A DNA stretch of 64,000 bases, from positions 70,813-134,812 of the forward strand of contig CANRQB010000001.1 in the NCBI GenBank assembly GCA_947632645.1, written 5' to 3'. This stretch comes from an uncultured Clostridia bacterium (lineage in GTDB: Bacteria > Bacillota > Clostridia > Christensenellales > UBA1242). The position numbers and the translations under genes were made by a program. Each line of letters starts with the position of its first letter. Position 1 is the stretch's first letter. The notes beneath the pieces were generated by a model. That model saw only the letters and a program-made list of their open reading frames with translations. It had not been told where the DNA came from and did no database searches. Below are positions 10,309-20,725 of the stretch, piece after piece.

Positions 10309-10854
10309 ATGTCAAGAATAGGTAAACATCCAATACATATCCCTGCAGGTGTAACTGTAGAATTTAAAGACGGCGTGGTAACCGTAAAAGGTGAAAAAGC
10401 CACTTTAACTCAACCAGTTTCTAGCAATGTAGATGTCAAAATAGAAGCAGGCGTGGTAAACGTTGTTCGCAAGGACGAAACCAGCGATAGCAATGCAAAA
10501 CAAGGGCTATATCGTCAACTTATAAATAATATGGTGGTTGGCGTAACCGAGGGCTACACAAAAACCCTTATAGTTAAGGGCGTAGGTTTTAGGGTGGCAA
10601 AACAAGGCAACAAATTGGTTTTAAATCTTGGATTTAGCCATCCAGTAGAGTTTGTTGAACCAGCTGGCATCACTTTAGAAGCACCAGACCAAAACACAAT
10701 AAATGTTAAGGGCGCAAGCAAAGAGTATGTTGGCGAAGTTGCAGCAAAAATAAGAGATATTAAAAAATGTGACCATTACCATGGCTATGGCATTCGCTAC
10801 AATTATGAAGTGTTGGCATTAAAACCTGGTAAGGCAGCAGGCAAAAAGAAGTAG
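10309..10854 (+). CDS. rplF: 50S ribosomal protein L6
   Basis: 181 aa; MSRIGKHPIHIPAGV... Confidence 0.96.
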   Translation: MSRIGKHPIHIPAGVTVEFKDGVVTVKGEKATLTQPVSSNVDVKIEAGVVNVVRKDETSDSNAKQGLYRQLINNMVVGVTEGYTKTLIVKGVGFRVAKQGNKLVLNLGFSHPVEFVEPAGITLEAPDQNTINVKGASKEYVGEVAAKIRDIKKCDHYHGYGIRYNYEVLALKPGKAAGKKK

Positions 10855-10865
10855 GAGGTTAACGT

Positions 10866-11234
10866 ATGATTAAAAAAGAGAACAAAAATGCAAAACGTAC
10901 CATTCGTCATGTGCGTCTTAGAAAAGACCTCAAAGGTACTTCAACTTGCCCAAGGCTTTGTGTTTACAGAAGCTTAAAAAACATCTATGCACAAATTATA
11001 GATGATACAAAAGGTGTTACACTAGTTAGCTGCAGCACCGAAAATAAAGATATTAAGGCAGCGTGCGCAGGCAAACCTAATAAAGAGCAAGCCCGCATTG
11101 TTGGCGAACAACTTGCAAAACTAGCAAAAGCTAAAAAGATTTCTACCGTAGTGTTCGACCGTGGCGGATATCTATACACTGGCAGAGTTAAAGAGTTGGC
11201 AGACGGCGCAAGAGCCGGCGGCTTAAAGTTTTAA
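10866..11234 (+). CDS. rplR: 50S ribosomal protein L18
   Basis: 122 aa; ...[19 protein letters not shown]...[26 protein letters not shown]. Confidence 0.96.
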   Translation: MIKKENKNAKRTIRHVRLRKDLKGTSTCPRLCVYRSLKNIYAQIIDDTKGVTLVSCSTENKDIKAACAGKPNKEQARIVGEQLAKLAKAKKISTVVFDRGGYLYTGRVKELADGARAGGLKF

Positions 11235-11243
11235 GGAGAGATT

Positions 11244-11765
11244 ATGGCACAAGAACAACAAAAATTTAGAAAACCAAGAAGAGTGGAAGAAAAAGACGAA
11301 TTTGACAAAAAAATGCTTGGCATCCGTCGTGTTGCTAAGGTTGTTAAAGGCGGCAGAACGCTTCGCTTTTCGGCACTTGTGGTTGTTGGCGACCATAAAG
11401 GACGCGTTGGCATGGGCATTGGTAAAGCCAAAGAAGTGCCTATGGCAATAGAAAAAGCTACAAAACAAGCCAAAAAAACTTTAATTACTGTTCCAGTTTT
11501 AGATGGTACTATCCCACACGAAACTGTGGGTAAGTTTACCAGAACTAGTGTTAAAATGCTACCTAGTAAACAGGGTGCTGGTTTAATTTGCGGTGGTGCA
11601 GCGCGTACTGTATTTGAACTTGCTGGCTACACCGACGTAACTGCAAAAATTTATGGCTCTACCGATAAAATTAATGTGGTTAAAGCAACTTTAAATGGCC
11701 TTAAAGGGTTAAGAACTAAAGAACAAGTTGCAGCACTTCGCGGTAAAGCAGTGGAAGAAATTTAG
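11244..11765 (+). CDS. rpsE: 30S ribosomal protein S5
   Basis: 173 aa; ...IRRVAKVVKGGRTLRFSALVVVGD... Confidence 0.96.
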   Translation: MAQEQQKFRKPRRVEEKDEFDKKMLGIRRVAKVVKGGRTLRFSALVVVGDHKGRVGMGIGKAKEVPMAIEKATKQAKKTLITVPVLDGTIPHETVGKFTRTSVKMLPSKQGAGLICGGAARTVFELAGYTDVTAKIYGSTDKINVVKATLNGLKGLRTKEQVAALRGKAVEEI

Positions 11766-11773
11766 GAGGGGTT

Positions 11774-11965
11774 ATGAAAAAGCAAGAAAAAACTATAAAA
11801 GTTACCTTAGTTAGAAGCCCTATTGGATACAACAAAGAACAAGCCAAAATTGTAGAGGCATTGGGGCTTAAAAAACTTAACCAAACAAAAGTTCTTCCAG
11901 ACAACAACTGCATTCGTGGCAGCATTTTCAAGGTTAAACACTTGGTTAAAGTGGAGGAGGAATAA
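11774..11965 (+). CDS. rpmD: 50S ribosomal protein L30
   Basis: 63 aa; ...IKVTLVRSPIGYNKEQAKIVEALGL... Confidence 0.93.
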   Translation: MKKQEKTIKVTLVRSPIGYNKEQAKIVEALGLKKLNQTKVLPDNNCIRGSIFKVKHLVKVEEE

Positions 11966-12411
11966 TGTATATTCACGATTTAAAAAATGCCGAGGGTGAA
12001 AAACAAGCAAAAAAACGCTTAGGCCGTGGCTTAGGCAGTGGCTTGGGCAAAACCTCGGGCAAAGGGCATAAAGGTCAAAACGCACGTTCTGGCGGTGGTG
12101 TCCGTCCAGGATTTGAGGGTGGCCAAAATCCACTTTACAGGCGTTTACCTGCAAAAGGTTTTAGCAATGCTAAATTTAAAAAGGTGTACAGCATTGTTAA
12201 TGTAAGCCAATTAAACAACTTTAAAAAGGATGCAACTGTGGATGCAGAAGCACTACTTAATGCCGGCATTCTATCCAAAATAGAAAAGGATGGCGTAAAG
12301 GTTTTGGGTAACGGCGAACTTACTGTTGCACTAAAAGTTGTTGCAAATAAATTCACCGCATCAGCAAAGGAGAAGATAACCGCGATTGGTGGCAGTGTAG
12401 AGGAGGTATAA
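11965..12411 (+). CDS. rplO: 50S ribosomal protein L15
   Basis: 148 aa; ...RLGRGLGSGLGKTSGKGHKGQNARSG... Confidence 0.96.
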   Translation: MYIHDLKNAEGEKQAKKRLGRGLGSGLGKTSGKGHKGQNARSGGGVRPGFEGGQNPLYRRLPAKGFSNAKFKKVYSIVNVSQLNNFKKDATVDAEALLNAGILSKIEKDGVKVLGNGELTVALKVVANKFTASAKEKITAIGGSVEEV

Positions 12412-13715
12412 TGTTTAAAACATTAGCTGGCGCTTTTAAAATTAAAGAAGTTAGAAACAAATTATTACTAACCCTACTTCTGCTGTTTATATATCGCATT
12501 GGCTGTTGGCTTCCTATCCCAGGTGTAAACCCAGACACTTTTAAAAACGGTGTAGAGGGTAACGAATTTTTGGGTTTGTTAAGTTCCATCAATGGTGGGG
12601 CCCTAAGCCAAGGTTCGTTTTTAGCACTTGGTGTGTCGCCATATATAACCGCATCGATTATAGTTCAACTTTTGTCAGCAATAATTCCCAGTTGGCAAAA
12701 ACTGGTTAAAGAAGGCGGCTCAGATGGACGCAGAAAAATCAGTCAGTACACTAAAATTGTAGCGCTAGTTTTGGCTATTGCTCAAGCAATCGGTATCGCT
12801 GTTGGCTTTGGCACAGCAGACGGCACCTCACTTCAAGTGTTTGGTGGCAACAAAGTGCTTTGCTATGGCTTTATTGTGCTTATGCTTGTTACTGGCGCAA
12901 TGTTTACCGTTTGGCTTGGTGAAAAAATCACCGAAATCGGCATCGGCAACGGCGTAAGCTTGCTTATCTTTGTTGGTATTTTGTCTACCGCATCCAATTC
13001 GGTGCTAAATAACTTTAAAGATATAGCAGCAGGTGGCGAGGCAGCACAAACTGCAATATGGCAACTTGTTTTGTTTGTGGTTTGCTTAATTGCTATCTTT
13101 GCACTGGTTGTGTTTGTAGATGGTGGCGAGCGCCGCGTTGGCGTGCAATACGCAAAACAAATGAAGGGCAGAAAAATGTATGGTGGCCAATCTACCTACA
13201 TCCCAGTTCGCGTTAATGCAAACGGGGTTATGCCAATAATCTATGCCAGCACAATTTTAACTTTCCCTCAACTTATTATGAGCGTGTTTAATGCAAACAA
13301 TGGCTTTGTAAGATGGTGGGCTAAATATTTGGGTGCGGGCAGCTGGGCGTATGCAGTTGTTATGGCACTGCTTATCTTGGCGTTTGCATATTTCTCTACT
13401 ATGATAAATTTCGATACCGAACAAATAAGCAGGCAAATTCAACAGCAAGGCGGGTTTATTCCGGGCATAAGGCCGGGCAAACCAACCGCACAATATCTTG
13501 GCAGCATAAACAAGCGCATAACCTTGTTTGGCGCAATATTCTTGGCATTTATGGCACTTATTCCAACACTTGCAATCAAAGCGATTGTTGGTCCGGGCAT
13601 AACTGCTGCGTTTACTGCAACTGGTATACTTATTATCGTGTCGGTTGCACTGGAATTTGATAAGCAACTAGAAGCACAGATGATGATGCGCAACTATCGT
13701 GGCTTTTTAAAGTAG
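12411..13715 (+). CDS. secY: Preprotein translocase subunit SecY
   Basis: 434 aa polytopic protein at the conserved position after rplO. ...GVNPD...ALGVSPYITASIIVQLL... Confidence 0.96.
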   Translation: MFKTLAGAFKIKEVRNKLLLTLLLLFIYRIGCWLPIPGVNPDTFKNGVEGNEFLGLLSSINGGALSQGSFLALGVSPYITASIIVQLLSAIIPSWQKLVKEGGSDGRRKISQYTKIVALVLAIAQAIGIAVGFGTADGTSLQVFGGNKVLCYGFIVLMLVTGAMFTVWLGEKITEIGIGNGVSLLIFVGILSTASNSVLNNFKDIAAGGEAAQTAIWQLVLFVVCLIAIFALVVFVDGGERRVGVQYAKQMKGRKMYGGQSTYIPVRVNANGVMPIIYASTILTFPQLIMSVFNANNGFVRWWAKYLGAGSWAYAVVMALLILAFAYFSTMINFDTEQISRQIQQQGGFIPGIRPGKPTAQYLGSINKRITLFGAIFLAFMALIPTLAIKAIVGPGITAAFTATGILIIVSVALEFDKQLEAQMMMRNYRGFLK

Positions 13716-13721
13716 GTGCAA

Positions 13722-14327
13722 ATGAACATTGTGTTTGTTGGGCCGCAGGGGGCGGGCAAGGGTGCAGTTATAAAAGAGGTTGTAAAAATAAAACCCTTTG
13801 ATGTAATTGCAACCGGCGAACTGTTTAGAAAAGAGATTGCAACCGGCTCTGCCCTGGGCAAAAAACTTAAAGCAACAATGGATAAAGGCATTTTGGTGGA
13901 CCTAAACACCACGCTAAATGTGGTTAAAGGTGCGCTTAAAAACAAAAAAAACATCATATTCGATGCATTTCCGCGCAATGTGGAGCAAGCCGAAGCATTT
14001 AGCAAAATTTCAAAAGTAGATAAGGTTATCTATTTAAATTTAGATAAACAAACCGCATACAAACGGCTTACAAACCGCTTAACTTGCGCTAGTTGCAATT
14101 ATGTAACAAGCAAGTTGGTGGTTAAAAACGATGTCTGCCCAGTTTGTGGTGGAAAATTATTCACCCGCACGGACGACACGCGCGAAGGCATTAACAAACG
14201 CTTTCAAGAATTTGAAACACGCACATTGCCCATGCTAGAATACTATAAAGCGCAGGGTATTGTGTACGAAATAGATGCAAATCAACCGCTAGAAAAAGTG
14301 GTTAGTGATGTGTTAAAGGTGTTATAA
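13722..14327 (+). CDS. adk: Adenylate kinase (zinc-lid type)
   Basis: P-loop MNIVFVGPQGAGKG; lid CASCNY...CPVCGG. Start is uncertain between ATG 13722 and the in-frame GTG 13716. Confidence 0.93.
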   Translation: MNIVFVGPQGAGKGAVIKEVVKIKPFDVIATGELFRKEIATGSALGKKLKATMDKGILVDLNTTLNVVKGALKNKKNIIFDAFPRNVEQAEAFSKISKVDKVIYLNLDKQTAYKRLTNRLTCASCNYVTSKLVVKNDVCPVCGGKLFTRTDDTREGINKRFQEFETRTLPMLEYYKAQGIVYEIDANQPLEKVVSDVLKVL

Positions 14328-15073
14328 TGAACATAACAATTAAAAGCGAACAAGAGATTGAAAAGATGCGCATAGCGGGCAAAATTTTAAAAGACACGCT
14401 TGCGCTAATCGAACAATCTATCTATCCCGGTCAAACCAGTTTGCGCCTTAACGATTTGGCCTATAACTATATTATAAAACAAGGCGCAACTCCTTCCTTT
14501 TTACACTATGAGGGGTTTCCTTACACAATCTGTGCCAGCGTGAATGATCAGGTTGTTCACGGGTTTTGTACGGACATTCCACTTAAAGAAGGCGACATAA
14601 TCAGCATAGATTGTGGCGTTATATGGCAGGGGTATCATTCGGACGCGGCACGCACTTTTGCAGTGGGCAATGTGTCGATAGAAAAATCTAACCTAATAGA
14701 TGCCACCAAGCAAAGTTTCTTTGCCGGCATTGAAGGGATAAAGGCAGGCGATCGCTTAGGCCACATCAGCCACCGCATCCAACAATATTTGGAAGAGCGT
14801 GGCTATGGCGTGGTGCGCGAGCTTACCGGGCACGGAGTGGGCACAAAACTACACGAAGATCCACTTGTGCCAAACTATGGCAACTACAACAGTGGCATTG
14901 TGCTTCAAGCAGGTATGACCTTGGCAATAGAACCTATGTCTACCTTGGGCAAACGCTATGTGTATTTGGAGGATAACGATTGGACGGTTTCTACCGACGA
15001 TGGCCTTCCAAGTGCGCACTACGAAAACACCATCCTTATAAAAGACGATGGGGTGGAAATTTTAACCTTATAG
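14327..15073 (+). CDS. map: Type I methionine aminopeptidase
   Basis: 248 aa; ...VVHGF...DCGVIWQGYHSDAARTF...GHGVG...HEDP...EPM... Confidence 0.95.
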   Translation: MNITIKSEQEIEKMRIAGKILKDTLALIEQSIYPGQTSLRLNDLAYNYIIKQGATPSFLHYEGFPYTICASVNDQVVHGFCTDIPLKEGDIISIDCGVIWQGYHSDAARTFAVGNVSIEKSNLIDATKQSFFAGIEGIKAGDRLGHISHRIQQYLEERGYGVVRELTGHGVGTKLHEDPLVPNYGNYNSGIVLQAGMTLAIEPMSTLGKRYVYLEDNDWTVSTDDGLPSAHYENTILIKDDGVEILTL

Positions 15074-15081
15074 GAGTTTAT

Positions 15082-15339
15082 GTGTTATTTAAAGCGGGAG
15101 ATGTTGTAAAATCTATATCTGGGCACGATAAAAACCGATTATTTGTTGTTATATCTATTGACAAAAACGGAAAAATTGTTATAATAGATGGTAGATATCG
15201 GGTTAAAGATAAACCCAAACTTAAAAACGCAAAACACCTAGTTAAGGTGGCACATGATGATGCAATTTTGGATAGGTTGCAACAAAAATCATCAACCAAT
15301 GCAGAAATTTTTAAGCTTATCAAAAATTATAAGGAGTGA
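15082..15339 (+). CDS. Small KOW-domain RNA-binding protein, commonly found between map and infA in Clostridia-type clusters
   Basis: GTG at 15082, 5 nt after TAGGAG. The track ORF 14980.. overlaps map. [23 protein letters not shown] is a KOW-like motif. Confidence 0.75.
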   Translation: MLFKAGDVVKSISGHDKNRLFVVISIDKNGKIVIIDGRYRVKDKPKLKNAKHLVKVAHDDAILDRLQQKSSTNAEIFKLIKNYKE

Positions 15340-15340
15340 T

Positions 15341-15562
15341 ATGTCAAAGGAAGATGTAATTGAAACCGAAGGTGAAGTTGTAGAAGTGTTAGGCAACGCA
15401 AACTTTAAGGTTAAAATTATGAACAATCACATTATAACCGCGTATGTATCCGGCAAATTGCGTTTTAACTTTATACGCATTTTGGTGGGCGACAAGGTTA
15501 AGGTGGAAATGAGCCCGTACGATTTAACCAAAGGCAGAATTGTATGGCGCGACAAAAACTAG
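15341..15562 (+). CDS. infA: Translation initiation factor IF-1
   Basis: ATG at 15341 after [30 protein letters not shown]...[13 protein letters not shown]. The track start at 15254 is an upstream extension. Confidence 0.96.
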   Translation: MSKEDVIETEGEVVEVLGNANFKVKIMNNHIITAYVSGKLRFNFIRILVGDKVKVEMSPYDLTKGRIVWRDKN

Positions 15563-15619
15563 CGGGCGCTAGCAAAATGCTTAAGGCATTAAAATTTTAT
15601 TAAATTCAGGAGGCAAAAG

Positions 15620-15736
15620 TTGAAAGTAAGACCATCAGTTAAACCTATGTGCGACAAATGCAAAGTTATTAAACGTAACGGTAGGGTTATGGTTATTTGC
15701 TCTAAAAGTCCAAAGCACAAACAACGTCAAGGTTAA
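15620..15736 (+). CDS. rpmJ: 50S ribosomal protein L36
   Basis: Hand-translated and below the ORF-track size cutoff. TTG start after AGGAGG. (M)[37 protein letters not shown], 38 aa, TAA at 15734-15736. Confidence 0.93.
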   Translation: MKVRPSVKPMCDKCKVIKRNGRVMVICSKSPKHKQRQG

Positions 15737-15814
15737 TAAATTTGAAAACAAGCACACACTCTCGCGGCAATTTGGGTGTGTGAGTATATAAATTTTTTTA
15801 GGAGGATATATTAT

Positions 15815-16183
15815 ATGGCTCGTATTGCGGGTGTAGATTTACCTAATGAAAAAAGGGTAGAAATTGGGCTAACTTACATCTACGGCATTGGCCGAGTTAG
15901 TTCTAACAAAATTCTGGCTGCAACTGGCATTAACCCAGACACCAGAGTTAAAGACCTTACCGAAAATGAAATCGCTTCTATTCGTAAATATATAGAGGCT
16001 AATTTTGTTGTGGAAGGCGAAAGAAGAAAAAATGTAGCGCTAGATATTAAGCGCCTTAAAGAAATAAGATGCTATCGTGGGCTTAGGCATATTGCTAACC
16101 TTCCTGTGCGTGGGCAAAGTTCTAAACAGAATGCGCGCACAAGAAAAGGCCCTAAAAAAACTATAGCAAATAAGAAGAAGTAA
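15815..16183 (+). CDS. rpsM: 30S ribosomal protein S13
   Basis: ATG at 15815 after AGGAGG; [15 protein letters not shown]... Confidence 0.96.
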   Translation: MARIAGVDLPNEKRVEIGLTYIYGIGRVSSNKILAATGINPDTRVKDLTENEIASIRKYIEANFVVEGERRKNVALDIKRLKEIRCYRGLRHIANLPVRGQSSKQNARTRKGPKKTIANKKK

Positions 16184-16193
16184 GGAGTGAAAA

Positions 16194-16583
16194 ATGGCTG
16201 TTAAAAAAGAAACTAAGAAAAAGAAAATTTTGGTTGCTAATGGCGAAGGTCATGTACATATTCAAGCAACCGCAAATAACACCTTGGTTACCTTAACCGA
16301 TAGCAACGGCAACCGTCTAGATCAAAGCAGTGCCGGCGCACTTGGCAACCGTGGTGCTAAAAAAAGCACGCCATTTGTTGCTCAACAAGTGGTGGAAACT
16401 GCGCTTAAAAATGTTAATAACTTTGGCATAAACAAACTTGGCATTTTTATTAAAGGTGCAGGCAATGGTCGAGAGGCTGCAATTCGTGCAGTGGGCGCAG
16501 CAGGGTTACCTATCTTATTTATTAAAGATGTTTCCCCAATCCCACACAACGGTTGCCGTCCACCTAAGGCTAGAAGGTTATAG
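16194..16583 (+). CDS. rpsK: 30S ribosomal protein S11
   Basis: 129 aa; ...[15 protein letters not shown]...[16 protein letters not shown]... Confidence 0.96.
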   Translation: MAVKKETKKKKILVANGEGHVHIQATANNTLVTLTDSNGNRLDQSSAGALGNRGAKKSTPFVAQQVVETALKNVNNFGINKLGIFIKGAGNGREAAIRAVGAAGLPILFIKDVSPIPHNGCRPPKARRL

Positions 16584-16591
16584 GAGGAATT

Positions 16592-17215
16592 ATGGCAAGA
16601 AATATTGTTCCAGATTGTAGACAATGCCGCCGTGAAGGGTGCAAATTGTACCTTAAAGGCGAAAAATGTTTAAAGAATTGCCCATTTGACAAGCGTCCAG
16701 TTATCCCTGGCCAGCACGGTGCAAGTGGTGCAAGAAAGAAAATCTCCGAATATGGTATGCAGTTGCGTGAAAAACAAAAACTTCGCAGAGCATATTGCTT
16801 ACTAGAAAAACAATTTAGGTTGTGCTTCGAAAAGGCAGCAAAAAGCAAGGGTAACACTGGTTTCAACCTGCTTAAACTGCTAGAAATGCGCCTAGATAAC
16901 GTAGTTTATCGTTTAGGTTTGGGTGCATCCAGAACACAAGCAAGGCAGATAGTTAATCATGGCCACATAACAGTTAACGGCAAAAAGGTTAACATTCCAT
17001 CTTACGAAGTTAAGGTTGGCGATGTTATAGCTGTTAAAGAGTCTAAACTTGGGCTAGAGATGTTTAAATCATTAAAGGACAACAAGCCAGTAACTCCAAA
17101 ATGGTTGGAGTACGACGCAAAAACCATGTCGGGCAAAGTTGTTGCTGAGCCAGTGCGTGAAGATATCGACTTAAATGTTAAAGAGCATATGATTGTTGAA
17201 TACTATTCAAGATAA
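16592..17215 (+). CDS. rpsD: 30S ribosomal protein S4
   Basis: 207 aa; [16 protein letters not shown]...[13 protein letters not shown]... Confidence 0.96.
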   Translation: MARNIVPDCRQCRREGCKLYLKGEKCLKNCPFDKRPVIPGQHGASGARKKISEYGMQLREKQKLRRAYCLLEKQFRLCFEKAAKSKGNTGFNLLKLLEMRLDNVVYRLGLGASRTQARQIVNHGHITVNGKKVNIPSYEVKVGDVIAVKESKLGLEMFKSLKDNKPVTPKWLEYDAKTMSGKVVAEPVREDIDLNVKEHMIVEYYSR

Positions 17216-17229
17216 TAGGAGATAGAATT

Positions 17230-18186
17230 ATGATGGAAATAGAAAAACCAAAAATTCAGTTAGAAGAGCAAGACAATGGCGCACATGCAATTATCACTGT
17301 GGAGCCATTGGAAAAAGGATTTGGCATAACTATTGGCAATATGCTAAGGCGTACTCTTTTAAGTTCGCTTCCTGGTGCCGCTATTGTTGGTGTTAAAATT
17401 GCGGGCGTGTTGCACGAATTTTCCACCATTAAAGGCGTAACCGAAGATGTGCCAGATATTGTACTAAACCTTAAGGCAGTTGCTGTTAAAACTGATAGCC
17501 AAGCGGAAGATTTTAAAGGGTATATGACCATTAATAAAAAAGGTCCTGCTGTGGTTTATGCAAAAGATATTATTTGCCCAGATGGCATAACTGTTGTTAA
17601 CCCAGAACAATATATCTGCACGCTTGATGACGATGGTGTGCTAGATGCCACTTTGTATGTTGGCCGCGGCAGAGGGTACTCGCCAGCCAGCATGAATAAA
17701 GAGTTTTCAGATGAAGTGGACTACATTGCAATCGATAGTTTGTTCACACCAGTTAAGCGCGTTAATTTCGAGGTTCAATCTAGCCGCGTTGGCCGCAGTT
17801 TGGATTTTGATAAACTTGTGCTTGATGTGCAAACACGTGGCACTGTATCTGCAAAAGAAGTGGTTGCTCTTTCCGCAAAACTACTTAATGACTATGCAAC
17901 TATGTTTGTAGAGCTTGTAGAAGGCATGGATGGCGTAAACATTTTGGTTGCAAGAAAAGAAGACGAAAGAACCAAATTATTTGAAAAACCTATTGAGGAA
18001 ATGGAATTAAGCGTTCGTTCTTACAATTGCTTAAAGCGTGCAGGCATAGACACCATTGGCGAGCTTGCTAAGAAAACCCGTGGCGAAATGCTTAAAGTGC
18101 GCAACATGGGCGCTAAATCTATGGAGGAAGTTATTAACAAATTGGAATCCTACGGCATTATCCTTGAAGGTAGCGATAAATATTAA
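17230..18186 (+). CDS. rpoA: DNA-directed RNA polymerase alpha subunit
   Basis: 318 aa; ...GNMLRRTLLSSLPGAA...; C-terminal domain ...ELSVRSYNCLKRAGI... Confidence 0.96.
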   Translation: MMEIEKPKIQLEEQDNGAHAIITVEPLEKGFGITIGNMLRRTLLSSLPGAAIVGVKIAGVLHEFSTIKGVTEDVPDIVLNLKAVAVKTDSQAEDFKGYMTINKKGPAVVYAKDIICPDGITVVNPEQYICTLDDDGVLDATLYVGRGRGYSPASMNKEFSDEVDYIAIDSLFTPVKRVNFEVQSSRVGRSLDFDKLVLDVQTRGTVSAKEVVALSAKLLNDYATMFVELVEGMDGVNILVARKEDERTKLFEKPIEEMELSVRSYNCLKRAGIDTIGELAKKTRGEMLKVRNMGAKSMEEVINKLESYGIILEGSDKY

Positions 18187-18299
18187 AAAGGTTAATTGAT
18201 ATCAAGCAATCCTACGAAGCGTAGAAGATATAATTACCCTTACATTTCACACTGCAAATTAAATAAATTTATTTGCAGCGTTCATTAAAAGGAGAAATT

Positions 18300-18809
18300 A
18301 TGCGTATAATGAAGTTAAATCGCCCAACTAAAGAAAGGGTGGCAATAATGCGTAATCAGGCAACCGATTTACTTTGGTATGGCAAAATAACAACCACTGC
18401 TGCACGAGCTAAATCGTTAAGATCATACACCGAAAAGATTTTAACCCTTGCCATCAATTCGTACGAAGATGTGGTTACAGTTAGTAAAGAAACTGTAAAC
18501 AAAAAAGGCGAAAAGGTAACCAAACAAGTTATAAACGATGGCCCTAAAAAACTTGCTGCAAGGCGTGCAATTATGGCTAAACTTTATTCGGTTAAAGAGC
18601 AACGCAAGCCAGGCGAAAAGAAAGCAGATTATATGGCGCGTATAGATAACATTAAAAATCCACTTTTGGAAAAAATCTTTAATGTTTATGCACCAAAATA
18701 CGCTGCTCGCATTAAAGAAACTGGCAATGGTGGCGGCTACACCAGAATTTTAAAGGTGGGCAAACGCGCGGGCGATGCAGCCGATATGGCTATTATAGAG
18801 TTAATTTAG
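18300..18809 (+). CDS. rplQ: 50S ribosomal protein L17 (long form with internal insertion)
   Basis: ATG at 18300 after AAGGAG. ...MRNQATDLLWYGKITTTAARAK...GGGYTRILK... Preceded by hairpin CTGCAAAT...ATTTGCAG (18252-18278). Confidence 0.93.
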   Translation: MRIMKLNRPTKERVAIMRNQATDLLWYGKITTTAARAKSLRSYTEKILTLAINSYEDVVTVSKETVNKKGEKVTKQVINDGPKKLAARRAIMAKLYSVKEQRKPGEKKADYMARIDNIKNPLLEKIFNVYAPKYAARIKETGNGGGYTRILKVGKRAGDAADMAIIELI

Positions 18810-18892
18810 TTTGCAATTTTTGCAAACTTTTTTATTTTTAAAATAAAACAAAAAATAAATTAAACAATTTTAAAAAATATCGACAAAACCTA

Positions 18893-18920
18893 TTGACAAA
18901 TTATTTTTTTATGCTAAAAT
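18893..18920 (+). promoter_or_regulatory. Candidate promoter of the orphan gene 18942..19463
   Basis: TTGACA (18893-18898), 16-nt spacer, TGcTAAAAT. Confidence 0.55.
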
Positions 18921-18941
18921 ATAACCACCAAAGGAGAAATT

Positions 18942-19463
18942 ATGTTATACAACAAAAATTTACAAACGGTTTTAAATTTAGCCGAAAGTTGCAGCCCTAG
19001 TTTAAAAAATAGTGTTGAACAAACTTTAAATAAAATTCCTACAGATCTAGCTAACATGAGCAATACCACAACTTATTTTAGCAAAACAAAAACTGGTGCA
19101 GACAGCTATAATTATCTGTACAACGCGCACGGCAAAATCAGCTACAACAACAGTTTTAAAGGCACAGTAATAAGCTACAACGATAGAAAAGCTAGCTACA
19201 ACATCTATTTCTGTGATAGCGCGTATTTAAAAGATATGCAACATAGCACTCGTATAGATTTATTGCCTTTATTAGAGTTAAGCAAAACGGCTGGTGGCCA
19301 AACTAAAAATGTTGCTTTGGTTTTAAAGCACTTTAAGCAAGGTGGCTATGGGCTAAGTGTGTTCCAACTAACCAATGGCGCATATGATAGAGAAATTATG
19401 CGCAGCTATCTAACCGAAGAAGAGTTTGCAGCTATAGTAAACAGCAATTTGGTTAAATTGTAA
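18942..19463 (+). CDS. Hypothetical 173-aa protein inserted between the alpha and str operons
   Basis: AAGGAG RBS and its own promoter. No recognisable family, no signal peptide. Confidence 0.65.
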   Translation: MLYNKNLQTVLNLAESCSPSLKNSVEQTLNKIPTDLANMSNTTTYFSKTKTGADSYNYLYNAHGKISYNNSFKGTVISYNDRKASYNIYFCDSAYLKDMQHSTRIDLLPLLELSKTAGGQTKNVALVLKHFKQGGYGLSVFQLTNGAYDREIMRSYLTEEEFAAIVNSNLVKL

Positions 19464-19691
19464 AATTCTTGGCAAATGCCAAGTTTTTTATTTTAAAAAA
19501 TATGCAAAAATTATTATAAAATATTTAATTATAGTATTTTTTGTTATTTTTTAATTATTTTTATTTATCTAATATTTTATATTAAATTTTTATAATTTTA
19601 TAATATTTTATTTTATTTATCATTAATTTTTTTTATAATTTTTAACTATTAAAAATCTTGCAAAATTATATTTAAAAATTTGTTAAAACTA

Positions 19692-19720
19692 TTGACAATT
19701 TTATTATATTTTTATATAAT
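19692..19720 (+). promoter_or_regulatory. Promoter of the str operon
   Basis: TTGACA (19692-19697), 17-nt spacer, TATAAT (19715-19720). Confidence 0.65.
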
Positions 19721-19808
19721 ATATTTGTTATAGTACAAGATGCTGCTTTGTTCTATAGTTTGGCGTTATGCCAAAAGAGGTTGCAAAAATTTTTTATAAG
19801 GAGGATAT

Positions 19809-20180
19809 ATGCCTACATTTAACCAGTTAGTGCGTAAGGGTAGAAAAAGCGAAGCAGAAAAAAGCAAATCCATTTTGCTAGACGAATGCCCACAAAAGCG
19901 TGGCGTTTGTTTGTCTGTTAGCACAACTACTCCTAAAAAACCTAACTCTGCATTGCGCAAAATTGCAAGGGTACGCCTAAGCAATAAAAAGGAAACCACT
20001 GTATACATCCCAGGTATCGGCCATAATTTGCAAGAACACAACGTGGTTTTGGTGCGTGGTGGTCGTGTGCCAGATCTACCTGGTGTGCGTTATCATGTGG
20101 TGCGTGGTGCATTGGATACTGCTGCTGTTCAAAATCGTAAACAGGGCAGAAGTAGATACGGCGCAAAACGCCCTAAGTAA
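19809..20180 (+). CDS. rpsL: 30S ribosomal protein S12
   Basis: 123 aa; [12 protein letters not shown]...[10 protein letters not shown]... Confidence 0.97.
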   Translation: MPTFNQLVRKGRKSEAEKSKSILLDECPQKRGVCLSVSTTTPKKPNSALRKIARVRLSNKKETTVYIPGIGHNLQEHNVVLVRGGRVPDLPGVRYHVVRGALDTAAVQNRKQGRSRYGAKRPK

Positions 20181-20240
20181 GCCATTTAAACATGGTTTTG
20201 TTTTAATTTAAATTATAAAATTTTTATAAAGGAGAATAAT

Positions 20241-20711
20241 ATGTCAAGAAGAAATGCAGCGGTTAAACGCCAAGTGCTGCCAGATCCAATGTACAATTCC
20301 ACCTTGGTTACTAAGGTTACAAACCAAGTTATGTACGATGGCAAAAAAGGCATTGCACAATCTATCGTTTATGGCGCTATGAAACAAGCCAGCGAAAAGA
20401 TTAGTGAAGATGCTTTAAATGTGCTTACAGCCGCTATAGAAAACATTAAGCCAAAGCTAGAAACTAAGGCAAGGCGTGTTGGTGGCTCGTCCTACCAAGT
20501 GCCAACCGAAGTTAGTGCAGATAGGCAACAAACTTTGGCAATCCGTTGGCTGGTGCAATGTGCACGCAAGCGCAACGAGCGCGGTATGGAGGCCCGCCTG
20601 GCAGGCGAAATTATTGATGCCTACAATCAAACAGGTGGTGCAGTTCGTAAACGCGATGATATGCACAGGCAGGCAGAAGCTAACAAAGCTTTTGCTCACT
20701 TCCGCTTTTAA
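20241..20711 (+). CDS. rpsG: 30S ribosomal protein S7
   Basis: 156 aa; [20 protein letters not shown]... Confidence 0.97.
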   Translation: MSRRNAAVKRQVLPDPMYNSTLVTKVTNQVMYDGKKGIAQSIVYGAMKQASEKISEDALNVLTAAIENIKPKLETKARRVGGSSYQVPTEVSADRQQTLAIRWLVQCARKRNERGMEARLAGEIIDAYNQTGGAVRKRDDMHRQAEANKAFAHFRF

Positions 20712-20725
20712 TTTAGGGGGATTAT

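Noticed and set aside
14980-15081. Long form of the KOW-protein ORF (start at 14980) overlapping map; likewise upstream extensions of infA (15254), rpsM (15776), rplQ (18273) and rpsQ (8097).
   Set aside because: Each has an internal start codon with a proper GGAG-type RBS that reproduces the canonical N-terminus. The extensions overlap the preceding gene or intergenic regulatory DNA.
18252-18278. Hairpin CTGCAAAT...ATTTGCAG between rpoA and rplQ as a terminator.
   Set aside because: No T-run follows and rplQ needs read-through. It is more likely an mRNA processing or stability element, and evidence is insufficient to call it.
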